A stretch of DNA of 64,000 bases from contig JBAXXI010000001.1 of NCBI GenBank assembly GCA_037127955.1, positions 9,217 through 73,216 of the forward strand, given 5' to 3'. The notes under the pieces are model-generated. The model worked only from the letters and a program-made list of their open reading frames with translations, did no database searches and was not told the origin of the DNA. Of the stretch, positions 26,945-34,828 are shown in pieces (within the stretch, counting starts at the first letter, position 1; each line of letters starts with the position of its first letter). The stretch comes from Candidatus Berkelbacteria bacterium (GTDB taxonomy: Bacteria > Patescibacteriota > UBA1384 > UBA12157). The translations under genes were made by a program, and so were the position numbers.

Positions 26945-28522
26945 TTAAAAATCCAAATCGTCCTGTTTTTGCTTAATAAAACGAAACCATGAATTACTAA
27001 TTTTAATAATACTTTTAAGCGGTGCTTCGATCAAAAAATCCAAAGTAATAGTAAATGGATTTTGCTTCGTAATCGCGTTAGACAAAAATTTACCAATCAA
27101 AATAAATGGTAAAAACGCGAATTCTACCATTGAAACCAAAAAACTATCCCGAGTTTTCTGCATCGCTAGTTCCAATGCAATATTTCGAATTCTAAATGAA
27201 AAAAACGAAACCGCGGAAATAAAAATAAAAAACAAAGATATACTAACAACATTGAACCCTAACTTTGTCAGCAATATTATCACCCCGATAATAATTGCAA
27301 TATTGAAAATAACATAAAGGGTGTCAAAAAACATTTCGATATGAGTTTTTTTACGCTCACCAATAAAAAATGGTTTTGATTCAATTTTTCGGTAAGTTAA
27401 AATATTATTAATAGAATTTAAAACTGTTTGCCGATTTGCCTGAGACGGGGTCTTGACCGACAATCCGGCAAACAACATGATGATCGGTGGGGCAAATATA
27501 TTAATTGCTAATGGTAAATAATCGATCGATTTCCTTAAAATCTGATCAAAAGGCATTTCAATAATAAAAGCTAATGAAACCTTAGTTAACAGAATAAAAA
27601 TTAAAGCTCGAAACGTACCTCGCCAAACCTTTGTTTTGGTTTTATCGATCAATTTGTCATAAACTCCCATCAACCAATCAACCAACTTTTCTCTATTACC
27701 ACTAATTAAGGTTAAATTACTCTGATAATTAGGCAATTCCTTAATTAGAACAAAAGGCGCAATGTATTTTTTCGAGTAAGCAAAATAATCCTTACTATAT
27801 GGATTTTTAAAAACCTGGTCTGCCTGACCAACAATATTATCAAAATGATGACCAATTTCCTTTGCATGATCAAGACTAAAATCTACAAAATAAGGAAAAA
27901 TTTTCCTAATCAACCAATATTGCGCATAAGAGTAATCTGGTTTAAAAATCAAAGTTAAAATAGAAAGTTTTAATTGAATTTCACTGATCTTTTCTTGAGA
28001 AACACTTGCAAACTTTAAATTATCTTTTAGGCAATTATAGGCAAAATCGACCATAATTTCTTGACGCTTACGACAAAAAAATATTTCATCAATCTCGCAA
28101 GCCATCCAGCCAATAACGATCTTTTGAGCGTCATATTTAGCCATATTTCTTGACCGAAGCGAGCTAAGTAATACCAAATAACGGTTAATGACTTTTTTGA
28201 CTTTAGCGACTTCGTCATCAGTTAAAGTATCAATATTAATATAATCAGCCCAAGCCAATTCGTTTAATAAATCATTAAATAACATTTCGGCATCAAGCGA
28301 GACAGACAAAGCATATTTGCGACGAATAATTCGACTAACGGCATTTTTAAAAATCAAATGGTCTTCCTGATATTCTACAGCTGTCCGAAATTTTTCATAC
28401 AAAAAAGCCGAGTGCATCATTTTGTCATTGCCCTTATTCAAATGCTTTTCGCCGGTCGCAAGTATAATAAATTTCTCCAGAAACTTTTCAACTTCCAGAG
28501 AGTACTGACTGTCTTTTTCCAT
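26945..28522 (-). CDS. Hypothetical protein with a C-terminal polytopic membrane region (525 aa)
   Basis: ORF track. Large soluble N-terminal domain and about four C-terminal TM helices. No confident family. Confidence 0.4.
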   Translation of the reverse strand: MEKDSQYSLEVEKFLEKFIILATGEKHLNKGNDKMMHSAFLYEKFRTAVEYQEDHLIFKNAVSRIIRRKYALSVSLDAEMLFNDLLNELAWADYINIDTLTDDEVAKVKKVINRYLVLLSSLRSRNMAKYDAQKIVIGWMACEIDEIFFCRKRQEIMVDFAYNCLKDNLKFASVSQEKISEIQLKLSILTLIFKPDYSYAQYWLIRKIFPYFVDFSLDHAKEIGHHFDNIVGQADQVFKNPYSKDYFAYSKKYIAPFVLIKELPNYQSNLTLISGNREKLVDWLMGVYDKLIDKTKTKVWRGTFRALIFILLTKVSLAFIIEMPFDQILRKSIDYLPLAINIFAPPIIMLFAGLSVKTPSQANRQTVLNSINNILTYRKIESKPFFIGERKKTHIEMFFDTLYVIFNIAIIIGVIILLTKLGFNVVSISLFFIFISAVSFFSFRIRNIALELAMQKTRDSFLVSMVEFAFLPFILIGKFLSNAITKQNPFTITLDFLIEAPLKSIIKISNSWFRFIKQKQDDLDF

Positions 28523-28563
28523 AAATTTATAATATGGTAATTAAAATATTTTATCAAGGAAAA

Positions 28564-29067
28564 TTACATTTTTCGACTATCATAAGCCCAGTGCAACAAA
28601 GCCTGTCGTTGTTTTTTTCGACACAACCAATCACCTTTATGACAATTTCTGACCACTTGCGCAACATGCCTTTTCATTGCCTTCCAGCGCTTAATTTGCC
28701 TATCATCTTCCTCTTGCAAACGTCGTCCCATAAAATATCGACAATACCACTGGAACCAACCCCTGGGATCATCTTTGTAAATCCAACCTTTTTCACACCA
28801 AACCGAAAGCGGTTGACTCGCATTAACTCCAAAGAAATTTAACTTTGCCTCATGAAAATTAGAATTCAATTTTGCCTTAGCAAACCAATCGTCAGGAAAT
28901 TCTTGCAAACAATCGGTCATATATTTACCGCCAAAAACACCTAATTCAAGCATATCTTTAGGGGTCAAATCTGGCTTAAATTCCGAATGAAAATTCTTAC
29001 CCATTGGCTCAACTAACTCATAACTATAATTTTTTTGCATCTTGTCGTTAACATGAACTTTTTTCAC
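28564..29067 (-). CDS. Hypothetical conserved protein (167 aa), Trp/Cys-rich
   Basis: ORF track, with a GWFQWYCRYFMGRR block. No confident assignment. Confidence 0.4.
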   Translation of the reverse strand: MKKVHVNDKMQKNYSYELVEPMGKNFHSEFKPDLTPKDMLELGVFGGKYMTDCLQEFPDDWFAKAKLNSNFHEAKLNFFGVNASQPLSVWCEKGWIYKDDPRGWFQWYCRYFMGRRLQEEDDRQIKRWKAMKRHVAQVVRNCHKGDWLCRKKQRQALLHWAYDSRKM

Positions 29068-29181
29068 TTTTACTCCATTTTTTAATTCGAATTGTTACAC
29101 TCTTAGTATAAACGATGATAATCTATAAAAAAATATCATCGAATCATTTAAACCTTGATAGCTAGCATCTAAATCTAACTA

Positions 29182-29210
29182 TTGATACTGCTCTAGATTC
29201 ATGTTAAAAT
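29182..29210 (+). promoter_or_regulatory. Sigma-70-like promoter for the 104-aa gene
   Basis: TTGATA (29182..29187), a 17-nt spacer, then TAAAAT (29205..29210). Strong SD AAGGGGG about 7 nt before the ATG at 29239. Confidence 0.55.
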
Positions 29211-29238
29211 CGTATTACAATTATTCAAGGGGGTAAAT

Positions 29239-29553
29239 ATGAATAATACAAAAGAAATCAATGTCCAAAATTTGATTTTTTTGGTTTTTGCTGCTAATCC
29301 ATGTTATATCAAAGTGACAGACAAAAAACCAAAAGACGTCACCATTAATCTGGTAACCAAAACTTGGTTTAGAAATGGTGACCATGAACCTCATCGTAGC
29401 AACAGAATCGGCTCAGCCATTCGCCAACCTATTAAAGATGGCGGCGCCATTATCGGTGTTTACGACCGAACAAACATCAACCATTTAAATGCGATGGCTG
29501 GTGATATCAGAGATGCAACCTACTCTGATTCTGGCTCAATCGACTGCGGCTAA
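29239..29553 (+). CDS. Hypothetical protein (104 aa)
   Basis: Strong SD and promoter. Followed by a canonical terminator. Confidence 0.45.
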   Translation: MNNTKEINVQNLIFLVFAANPCYIKVTDKKPKDVTINLVTKTWFRNGDHEPHRSNRIGSAIRQPIKDGGAIIGVYDRTNINHLNAMAGDIRDATYSDSGSIDCG

Positions 29554-29560
29554 ACCCCAA

Positions 29561-29582
29561 CCTCCTTTACAGGAGGTTTTTT
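29561..29582 (+). terminator. Rho-independent terminator
   Basis: CCTCCT-ttac-AGGAGG-TTTTTT. Confidence 0.8.
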
Positions 29583-29676
29583 AATATAAATTTAACCTTA
29601 ACCTTAAACGCCTCAATGGACTGAGGCGTTTAAAAATAGCCACGAAAAAACACCAGTTTCCTGGTGTATTTTCGTG

Positions 29677-29699
29677 GCGGACCGGACGGGACTCGAAGG
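29677..29699 (-). repeat. 23-nt duplicate of the tRNA-Asp 3' end (direct repeat of 29862..29884)
   Basis: tggcggaccggacgggactcgaa is present identically at 29677..29699 and at the 3' end of the intact tRNA-Asp. The upstream copy cannot fold into a tRNA. It is a putative att-site remnant. Confidence 0.6.
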
Positions 29700-29823
29700 A
29701 CGGGACCCTGCCCGTCTTCTACTCTACCTTTTACACTAAATCTTGGCTTTAAAGAGTGCTTCCAACTTTTTAATAATTATCTTGGATTAACTTTTGCCTC
29801 GCGGCTTCATCAACCCATCTACC

Positions 29824-29861
29824 AAAAAGAGAATTTATCACTTTGTGACAAACTCTCTTTT
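29824..29861 (-). terminator. Hairpin plus T-run immediately 3' of tRNA-Asp
   Basis: Minus strand aaaaagagag-tttgtcacaaagtgataaa-ttctcttttt. Confidence 0.45.
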
Positions 29862-29938
29862 TGGCGGACCGGACGGGACTCGAACCCGCGACCTCCTCCG
29901 TGACAGGGAGGCGCTCTAGCCAACTGAGCTACCGGTCC
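29862..29938 (-). tRNA. tRNA-Asp (anticodon GTC), CCA encoded
   Basis: GGACCGG-TA-GCTC-AGTTGGCTA-GAGC-G-CCTCC-CTGTCAC-GGAGG-AGGTC-GCGGG-TTCGAGT-CCCGT-CCGGTCC-G-CCA. Confidence 0.85.
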
Positions 29939-30009
29939 ATATGATAATATTATTATAAACTAAAACCAGGATTTTTTCAACCCTTTGGCGAGTTTTAGCT
30001 CACGATCTT

Positions 30010-30945
30010 CTACTTAATAAAACGCCATGTTCGAGTTTGTTTTTTTAAATTAGCCAACCAATTATCAAAACTATCGTTAATCACACCTTTTTTGGCCTCA
30101 ACCTTAACAACCTCGAATCCTGCCGAAGTCTTAACGGGACCAACGATATCGCCAACCTTTGCACCAAAAACCGCATTATCAAACTCTGGCAAGGAACTAC
30201 CATCGGCCACTAATTGACCTTTACCCAACCAACCTAACTCACCATTGTTATCTCGAGACTTAGTGTCTTCCGAAAACTGCTTGGCTAAGCCTGCAAAATC
30301 CTCGCCTTTTTGAGCTCTAGCTGCCACATCTTTAGCCCGATTTTCATCTTTTGTAAAAACATGAGCAACCTGAACTTGAACCATTAAATTATTACGAATC
30401 GCCTCTTTAATCAATTTTTGTCTAACCAATGTTTTAAATTCACGCTCGCTCATACCGTATAAGTCATTCAAAACTTTTTTAACTTCGGTACGACCACCAG
30501 CCTGATCAATCACTTGCTGATAAGCATCATTAAAATCTTTATTACTAACCTTGATATTATAACGCAAGGCCTGAAATTGCAAAATTTGATCTTCGGTCAA
30601 TTGATCAATAATTTTTTTTCTTAAATCGGTTTGATCAGAAAAGGTTTGTTTAGTTTTCGATGAAAATTGCTGAATATAATTTAATTGTTGATAATAAGCA
30701 CTGGCCCAAACCACTTTACCATTAACAAAGGCGGCCGGGAACGGGTAAAAATAAGTCGAAGTTTTGATGATCGGACTATCATTTTTTTTGCCATAAATTT
30801 CTATGCCAAAATAAATACCAAAACCGATATAGATCAAAATGAGAGTACAAAAAACCGCTGAAAAAATCCAACGAAAAGTTTTTCTAGGCTTCAATCTATT
30901 TAATAAATTAAGCCAAAGATTTTTCAAAATTTCTAAAAATTTCAT
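30010..30945 (-). CDS. Parvulin-type peptidyl-prolyl isomerase (PrsA/SurA-like), N-terminally membrane anchored
   Basis: PpiC domain (VAHVFTK...GELGWLGKGQLV...FDNAVF...GDIVGPVKTSAGFEVVKV). N-terminal TM FRWIFSAVFCTLILIYIGFGIYF. Confidence 0.75.
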   Translation of the reverse strand: MKFLEILKNLWLNLLNRLKPRKTFRWIFSAVFCTLILIYIGFGIYFGIEIYGKKNDSPIIKTSTYFYPFPAAFVNGKVVWASAYYQQLNYIQQFSSKTKQTFSDQTDLRKKIIDQLTEDQILQFQALRYNIKVSNKDFNDAYQQVIDQAGGRTEVKKVLNDLYGMSEREFKTLVRQKLIKEAIRNNLMVQVQVAHVFTKDENRAKDVAARAQKGEDFAGLAKQFSEDTKSRDNNGELGWLGKGQLVADGSSLPEFDNAVFGAKVGDIVGPVKTSAGFEVVKVEAKKGVINDSFDNWLANLKKQTRTWRFIK

Positions 30946-31556
30946 TGTCCTCCTTTAAAACCAAGCCAAGTACTTAAAATCAATAAACCCAAAATTAAAA
31001 CACTCACCACGAAATAGCCTAAAACCTTTTTAAATCTTAACACATTGTGTGTATACAAGTAAATCAGGTTTGTAATTAGATAAAAAACTACCACTAAAAT
31101 TAAACTTTTAATTTTTGGGTCAACTGGCCAAAAAGCCAGACTTAAAAATACTTCCAAAACCACTAACCCATTTAGACTGGCAAATAACCAAAATAACGCC
31201 CGTCTCATGAGTGTATCAATTTTGTCCAAAATCAACATACAGAGAAATAAAAGTGTCACCAGTAGCCAAACCGCAATCATAATCAAATAAAGCTGAATAC
31301 CAAGACCATAGAGTAAATTATAAAGCGTAAAAACAGCTAAATACAAAACAAATAAAATTAAAAACTCTCTATGACTGGTCAAAGGCGGCTTTTCGGCCTC
31401 ATGGCGGATCCCCATATAAAAGCTTACTCCTGCAATCACCACTACTAAAACTTTCAAAATGATCGATGTTTCAAAATAGAAAAAACCGTAAACAGACACA
31501 GCTAAAATAGCTGCTAAAATCAATTTTCCTCTTAATAACCACTGATCATTCAACAT
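30942..31556 (-). CDS. Hypothetical polytopic membrane protein (204 aa)
   Basis: ORF track. About six TM helices. 4-nt overlap with the downstream parvulin gene. Confidence 0.4.
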   Translation of the reverse strand: MLNDQWLLRGKLILAAILAVSVYGFFYFETSIILKVLVVVIAGVSFYMGIRHEAEKPPLTSHREFLILFVLYLAVFTLYNLLYGLGIQLYLIMIAVWLLVTLLFLCMLILDKIDTLMRRALFWLFASLNGLVVLEVFLSLAFWPVDPKIKSLILVVVFYLITNLIYLYTHNVLRFKKVLGYFVVSVLILGLLILSTWLGFKGGQ

Positions 31557-31577
31557 GGCGACCTTTTATTAAATATT

Positions 31578-32924
31578 TTATAGACTAGAAGTTGACCGTT
31601 GATCTAATACTCTATCCTGACCTAATATAACCTGAATATCATAGTTTGTACAACTAGTTTTAGTTTTTACCGTAGCTTGCAAGATTTTAGCAATACTAAT
31701 CGCCGTCGATTCACCTGTTGTACCGGTACAATTATAAACAATCGTACTCGGAATTGAACCTGTTGCTGAATTACCAACTGACGACACTGAATAATTATAT
31801 GTTTTTAATAATTGTGAAGCTTCGGTTGCAATACCGGCTTTACCAGTACTATTTAGAACTTGAATTTTTAAAACTGGCGCTAAAGTCACTTCTGGCACAA
31901 AAATATTTTGAGCGATCTTTTGCATATCCGAATAATTATCAATGCCTTTTTTAGGCAAAATAATATAACCGCGTTCATCTTGTAACGCCACCAAAACACT
32001 GCCTGGCGCCGTATCGAAAACTTTATTTGTCATATTCGCCGTATCGATTGTCTTAATCCCGCTCCAAAGAGTCATAATTTCATTAACCGACATATTTGTT
32101 CGAATATGCGTCCCTAAAATATTCAACAATTCTGTGATTTTTTTAATATTTGATAAAGTTTCGAGTGAAAATATTTTTTCCTTAACCGCTGTTAAAACTT
32201 GTTGTTGGCGTCTGGCTCGATCAAAATCAGAAGTAGTTTCACGGGAACGAGCATATTTAAGCGCGGTTGCGCCATCCATATGATGAAGCCCGACCGTAAT
32301 CTTAAACGGATCGTAATCAACCATATTGGCTGCTGGATAATAAGGGTCATACAAAGCCTTGTCAACATAAATATCGACTCCGCCGAGCGCATCAACAGTT
32401 TTGCGAAAGCCATCAAAATCCAGACTGACATAATAATGAATCGGTATACCCAAAACTTCGCTAATCACGGTTGAGGCAACTTTACCACCGCCGCCAGAAA
32501 TTTTCGGATTCTGGTTTCCAGCAAAAAAGGCCTCGTTAATCTTAGAATAATGATAATTTGGCACTTTAACCCATAAATCTCTTGGTACAGAAATCATGGC
32601 CATCTTTTTTTCCTGCCAATTGATCGATAAAACCATCATGGTATCAGTTAAACCGCCACCAGGGTGATTCAACCCGCCATTACCAAGTAGCAAAATATTA
32701 GTTCTACCTTCGCTTTGACCTTTGATCGTCTTACCATCAAACAAAGACAATAGAGAATTCTTTTTCGAATCCGATGTGATATTTTTAATCGAATGGAAAA
32801 TATCATAACCAAGCCAAGAACCGACGCCAACGATCAAGACCACAACAGCAAACACAATCCACCAAATTGTTTTTGATTTAGTTTTAACTAAATCTGAGAC
32901 ATTTCTTTTATTTCTATAAACCAT
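31578..32924 (-). CDS. LytR-CpsA-Psr (LCP) family cell-envelope phosphotransferase
   Basis: N-terminal TM, LCP core NILLLGNGG...DTMMVLSIN...VPRDLWV. Confidence 0.85.
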   Translation of the reverse strand: MVYRNKRNVSDLVKTKSKTIWWIVFAVVVLIVGVGSWLGYDIFHSIKNITSDSKKNSLLSLFDGKTIKGQSEGRTNILLLGNGGLNHPGGGLTDTMMVLSINWQEKKMAMISVPRDLWVKVPNYHYSKINEAFFAGNQNPKISGGGGKVASTVISEVLGIPIHYYVSLDFDGFRKTVDALGGVDIYVDKALYDPYYPAANMVDYDPFKITVGLHHMDGATALKYARSRETTSDFDRARRQQQVLTAVKEKIFSLETLSNIKKITELLNILGTHIRTNMSVNEIMTLWSGIKTIDTANMTNKVFDTAPGSVLVALQDERGYIILPKKGIDNYSDMQKIAQNIFVPEVTLAPVLKIQVLNSTGKAGIATEASQLLKTYNYSVSSVGNSATGSIPSTIVYNCTGTTGESTAISIAKILQATVKTKTSCTNYDIQVILGQDRVLDQRSTSSL

Positions 32925-32987
32925 TTATTCCTCTTAAATTAAAAAATCCCCTTAAGCTTTAAACATAGTGTATCATTTTTTCTCTTG

Positions 32988-33016
32988 CTTGACAAAAAAA
33001 TCTCGGTTGTTAAGAT
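32988..33016 (+). promoter_or_regulatory. Putative sigma-70 promoter of pyrB
   Basis: TTGACA (32988..32993), a 17-nt spacer, then TAAGAT (33011..33016). AAAGGAG at 33038..33044, ATG at 33052. Confidence 0.45.
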
Positions 33017-33051
33017 AAGGCTAGTAACTTAACAATCAAAGGAGACTTATT

Positions 33052-33981
33052 ATGCCAGAAAAATTGAAGCACTTAGTCAGTGTCGATGACCTAAGTAAAG
33101 AATGGATCGACCTGATTTTCAAACGAGCCGACATTCATAAAAAGTATAAAGCCGAACCAATTGACCAGATTTTAACCAACAAAATCATTGGTAGTCTGTT
33201 TTATGAACCCAGTACCAGAACGAAATTCTCTTTTGAATCAGCCATCTATCGATTTGGCGGTCACGTTATCGGCACCGAAGACGCAAGTAAATTTTCCTCC
33301 GCCGTTAAAGGTGAAAATTTACAAGATACAATTAAGGTTTTGGGGAACTATGTTCATGCAATTGTCTTACGTCATAACCAAACTGGATCGGCTCAAAAAG
33401 CTGCTGAAATTTCTACTGTTCCAATCATCAATGCCGGCGATGGCAAGGGCGAACATCCAACTCAAACTTTAGGCGACTTATACACAATCCAAGAGAAAAA
33501 GGGTACCATCGACAATCTGACAATCGGTATGGCTGGAGACTTAGCCAATGGTCGCACAGTTCATTCGCTTGCCAATGGCTTAAGCCAATTTTACAAAAAT
33601 GTTAACATGTTTTTAGTTTCACCACCGAGTTTACAAATGCCTGAATATATTAAAAAAATGCTAAATGATCGCAATATCAACTATTATGAATACGAGGCCT
33701 TAGATGATATCGAGCCTGATCAACTTGACGTTCTTTATATGACCAGAATTCAAAAAGAACGTTTTAAAAAGAAGGAGGATTTTTTGGCGGTTAAAGATAG
33801 TTGCATTCTTGGCATGGATTTTGTCAATAAAATGAAAAAGGATGCTATTATTATGCATCCTTTACCCAAAATTAACGAAATTAAACTTGCAGTCGACGAC
33901 GACTCGAGAGCCGTCTACTTTGACCAAGCCAATTACGGCCTATTTATTCGCATGGCGATCTTAGAACTCATCCTAAGCTAA
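33052..33981 (+). CDS. pyrB: Aspartate carbamoyltransferase catalytic subunit
   Basis: STRTKFSFE carbamoyl-phosphate motif, HPTQTL and IMHPLP motifs. 309 aa. Confidence 0.85.
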   Translation: MPEKLKHLVSVDDLSKEWIDLIFKRADIHKKYKAEPIDQILTNKIIGSLFYEPSTRTKFSFESAIYRFGGHVIGTEDASKFSSAVKGENLQDTIKVLGNYVHAIVLRHNQTGSAQKAAEISTVPIINAGDGKGEHPTQTLGDLYTIQEKKGTIDNLTIGMAGDLANGRTVHSLANGLSQFYKNVNMFLVSPPSLQMPEYIKKMLNDRNINYYEYEALDDIEPDQLDVLYMTRIQKERFKKKEDFLAVKDSCILGMDFVNKMKKDAIIMHPLPKINEIKLAVDDDSRAVYFDQANYGLFIRMAILELILS

Positions 33982-33988
33982 CCTATTT

Positions 33989-34013
33989 CCCCTGATTATT
34001 CAGGGGATTTTTT
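33989..34013. terminator. Rho-independent terminator after pyrB
   Basis: CCCCTG-attatt-CAGGGG-ATTTTTT. Confidence 0.8.
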
Positions 34014-34368
34014 AATTTGAATAATCTGGTAATGCTATTTTAGAAAACTTTTGATCAAGGTTTTGCGATAAAACCTTTTCTAATTCATCTTTATTATAAG
34101 CCAAAACCGGAATGTCCAAAGACCAAGCCATAACATTAGCCACAGCCATTGCCACTCTCAAACCAGTATAAGAACCAGGACCGGCACAAACTAAAATTGC
34201 AATCAAATCTCGAGATTCAATTTTGGCTTTCACTATTACTTGATTAATTTTTGACAAAATATCAGCCGATTGATCCTGAGTTTCAAATTCTGAAAAATCT
34301 AAATTATTATTAACAAATAATCCGATTTTTAATTTATTTCGATCGGTTGTATCAATTATTAGCTTCAT
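34012..34368 (-). CDS. tsaB: Minimal TsaB (YeaZ)-like protein, N-terminal half only
   Basis: LIIDTTDRNKLKIGLF ... ILVCAGPGSYTGLRVAMAVANVMAWSLDIPVLAY (GPGSYTGLR hallmark). About 118 aa. Directly downstream of tsaE. Confidence 0.6.
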   Translation of the reverse strand: MKLIIDTTDRNKLKIGLFVNNNLDFSEFETQDQSADILSKINQVIVKAKIESRDLIAILVCAGPGSYTGLRVAMAVANVMAWSLDIPVLAYNKDELEKVLSQNLDQKFSKIALPDYSN

Positions 34369-34828
34369 CGCATCCTTTAATTTCAATTTTTCTGGTTTTT
34401 TCATCGATAAATGCAAAATCAATATTAATCATATTTTTTGGCAAAATTTTCATAATTTTTTCAGCCCATTCGACAGCCATCACAACATCATCACGACCCA
34501 AATAATCCTCAATACCAACTGATTTAATATCTTCAATATTTTCACACCTATACGCGTCGATATGCACAAATTCAATTTTTTTATCACCGATTTTACCAGG
34601 ATAAACCTTCATAATGACAAAGGTTGGTGAAGTCACGATCTCTTCAACCCTGAGCGCCTCAGCCAAACCTTTAGTAAACGTAGTTTTACCGCCACCTAAA
34701 TCTCCATGCAGCGCCAAAATTTCCCCACCGACAAGAGAACTGGCAAAGCTCTGCGCCAGCTCAATTGTCTCTAAAGTATTAAGTGTCGTCGTCACCAAAA
34801 TGGCCTCCGGTAATATTAATTCTTTCAA
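34352..34828 (-). CDS. tsaE: tRNA t6A37 biosynthesis ATPase TsaE (YjeE)
   Basis: LHGDLGGGKTTFTKGLAEAL P-loop and the conserved HIDAYR block. Confidence 0.85.
   Translation of the reverse strand: MKELILPEAILVTTTLNTLETIELAQSFASSLVGGEILALHGDLGGGKTTFTKGLAEALRVEEIVTSPTFVIMKVYPGKIGDKKIEFVHIDAYRCENIEDIKSVGIEDYLGRDDVVMAVEWAEKIMKILPKNMINIDFAFIDEKTRKIEIKGCDEANN

Noticed and set aside
28534-28842. ORF 28534..28842 (+) antisense to the 167-aa gene
   Set aside because: The minus-strand ORF is longer and has the conserved-looking Trp/Cys-rich block. The plus-strand ORF lacks any start context.
29677-29760. Possible second tRNA (type II, long variable arm) starting at the duplicated tRNA-Asp 3' end
   Set aside because: The copy contains only the 3' 23 nt of tRNA-Asp, followed by an unrelated hairpin (gacggg-accctg-cccgtc). 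No complementary 5' acceptor strand, D-arm or anticodon arm could be found on either strand. I treat it as an att-like fragment, not a gene.
29664-29903. Track ORF 29664..29903 (+), 79 aa
   Set aside because: It spans the tRNA-Asp fragment, the AT-rich spacer and part of the tRNA-Asp gene. It has no start-site context and a low-complexity translation, so I call it spurious.
32925-33051. Possible pyrimidine attenuator or riboswitch in the pyrB leader
   Set aside because: Only a plausible promoter and SD are visible. There is no convincing terminator/antiterminator pair or PyrR-box-like motif in the 60-nt leader, so it is not called.
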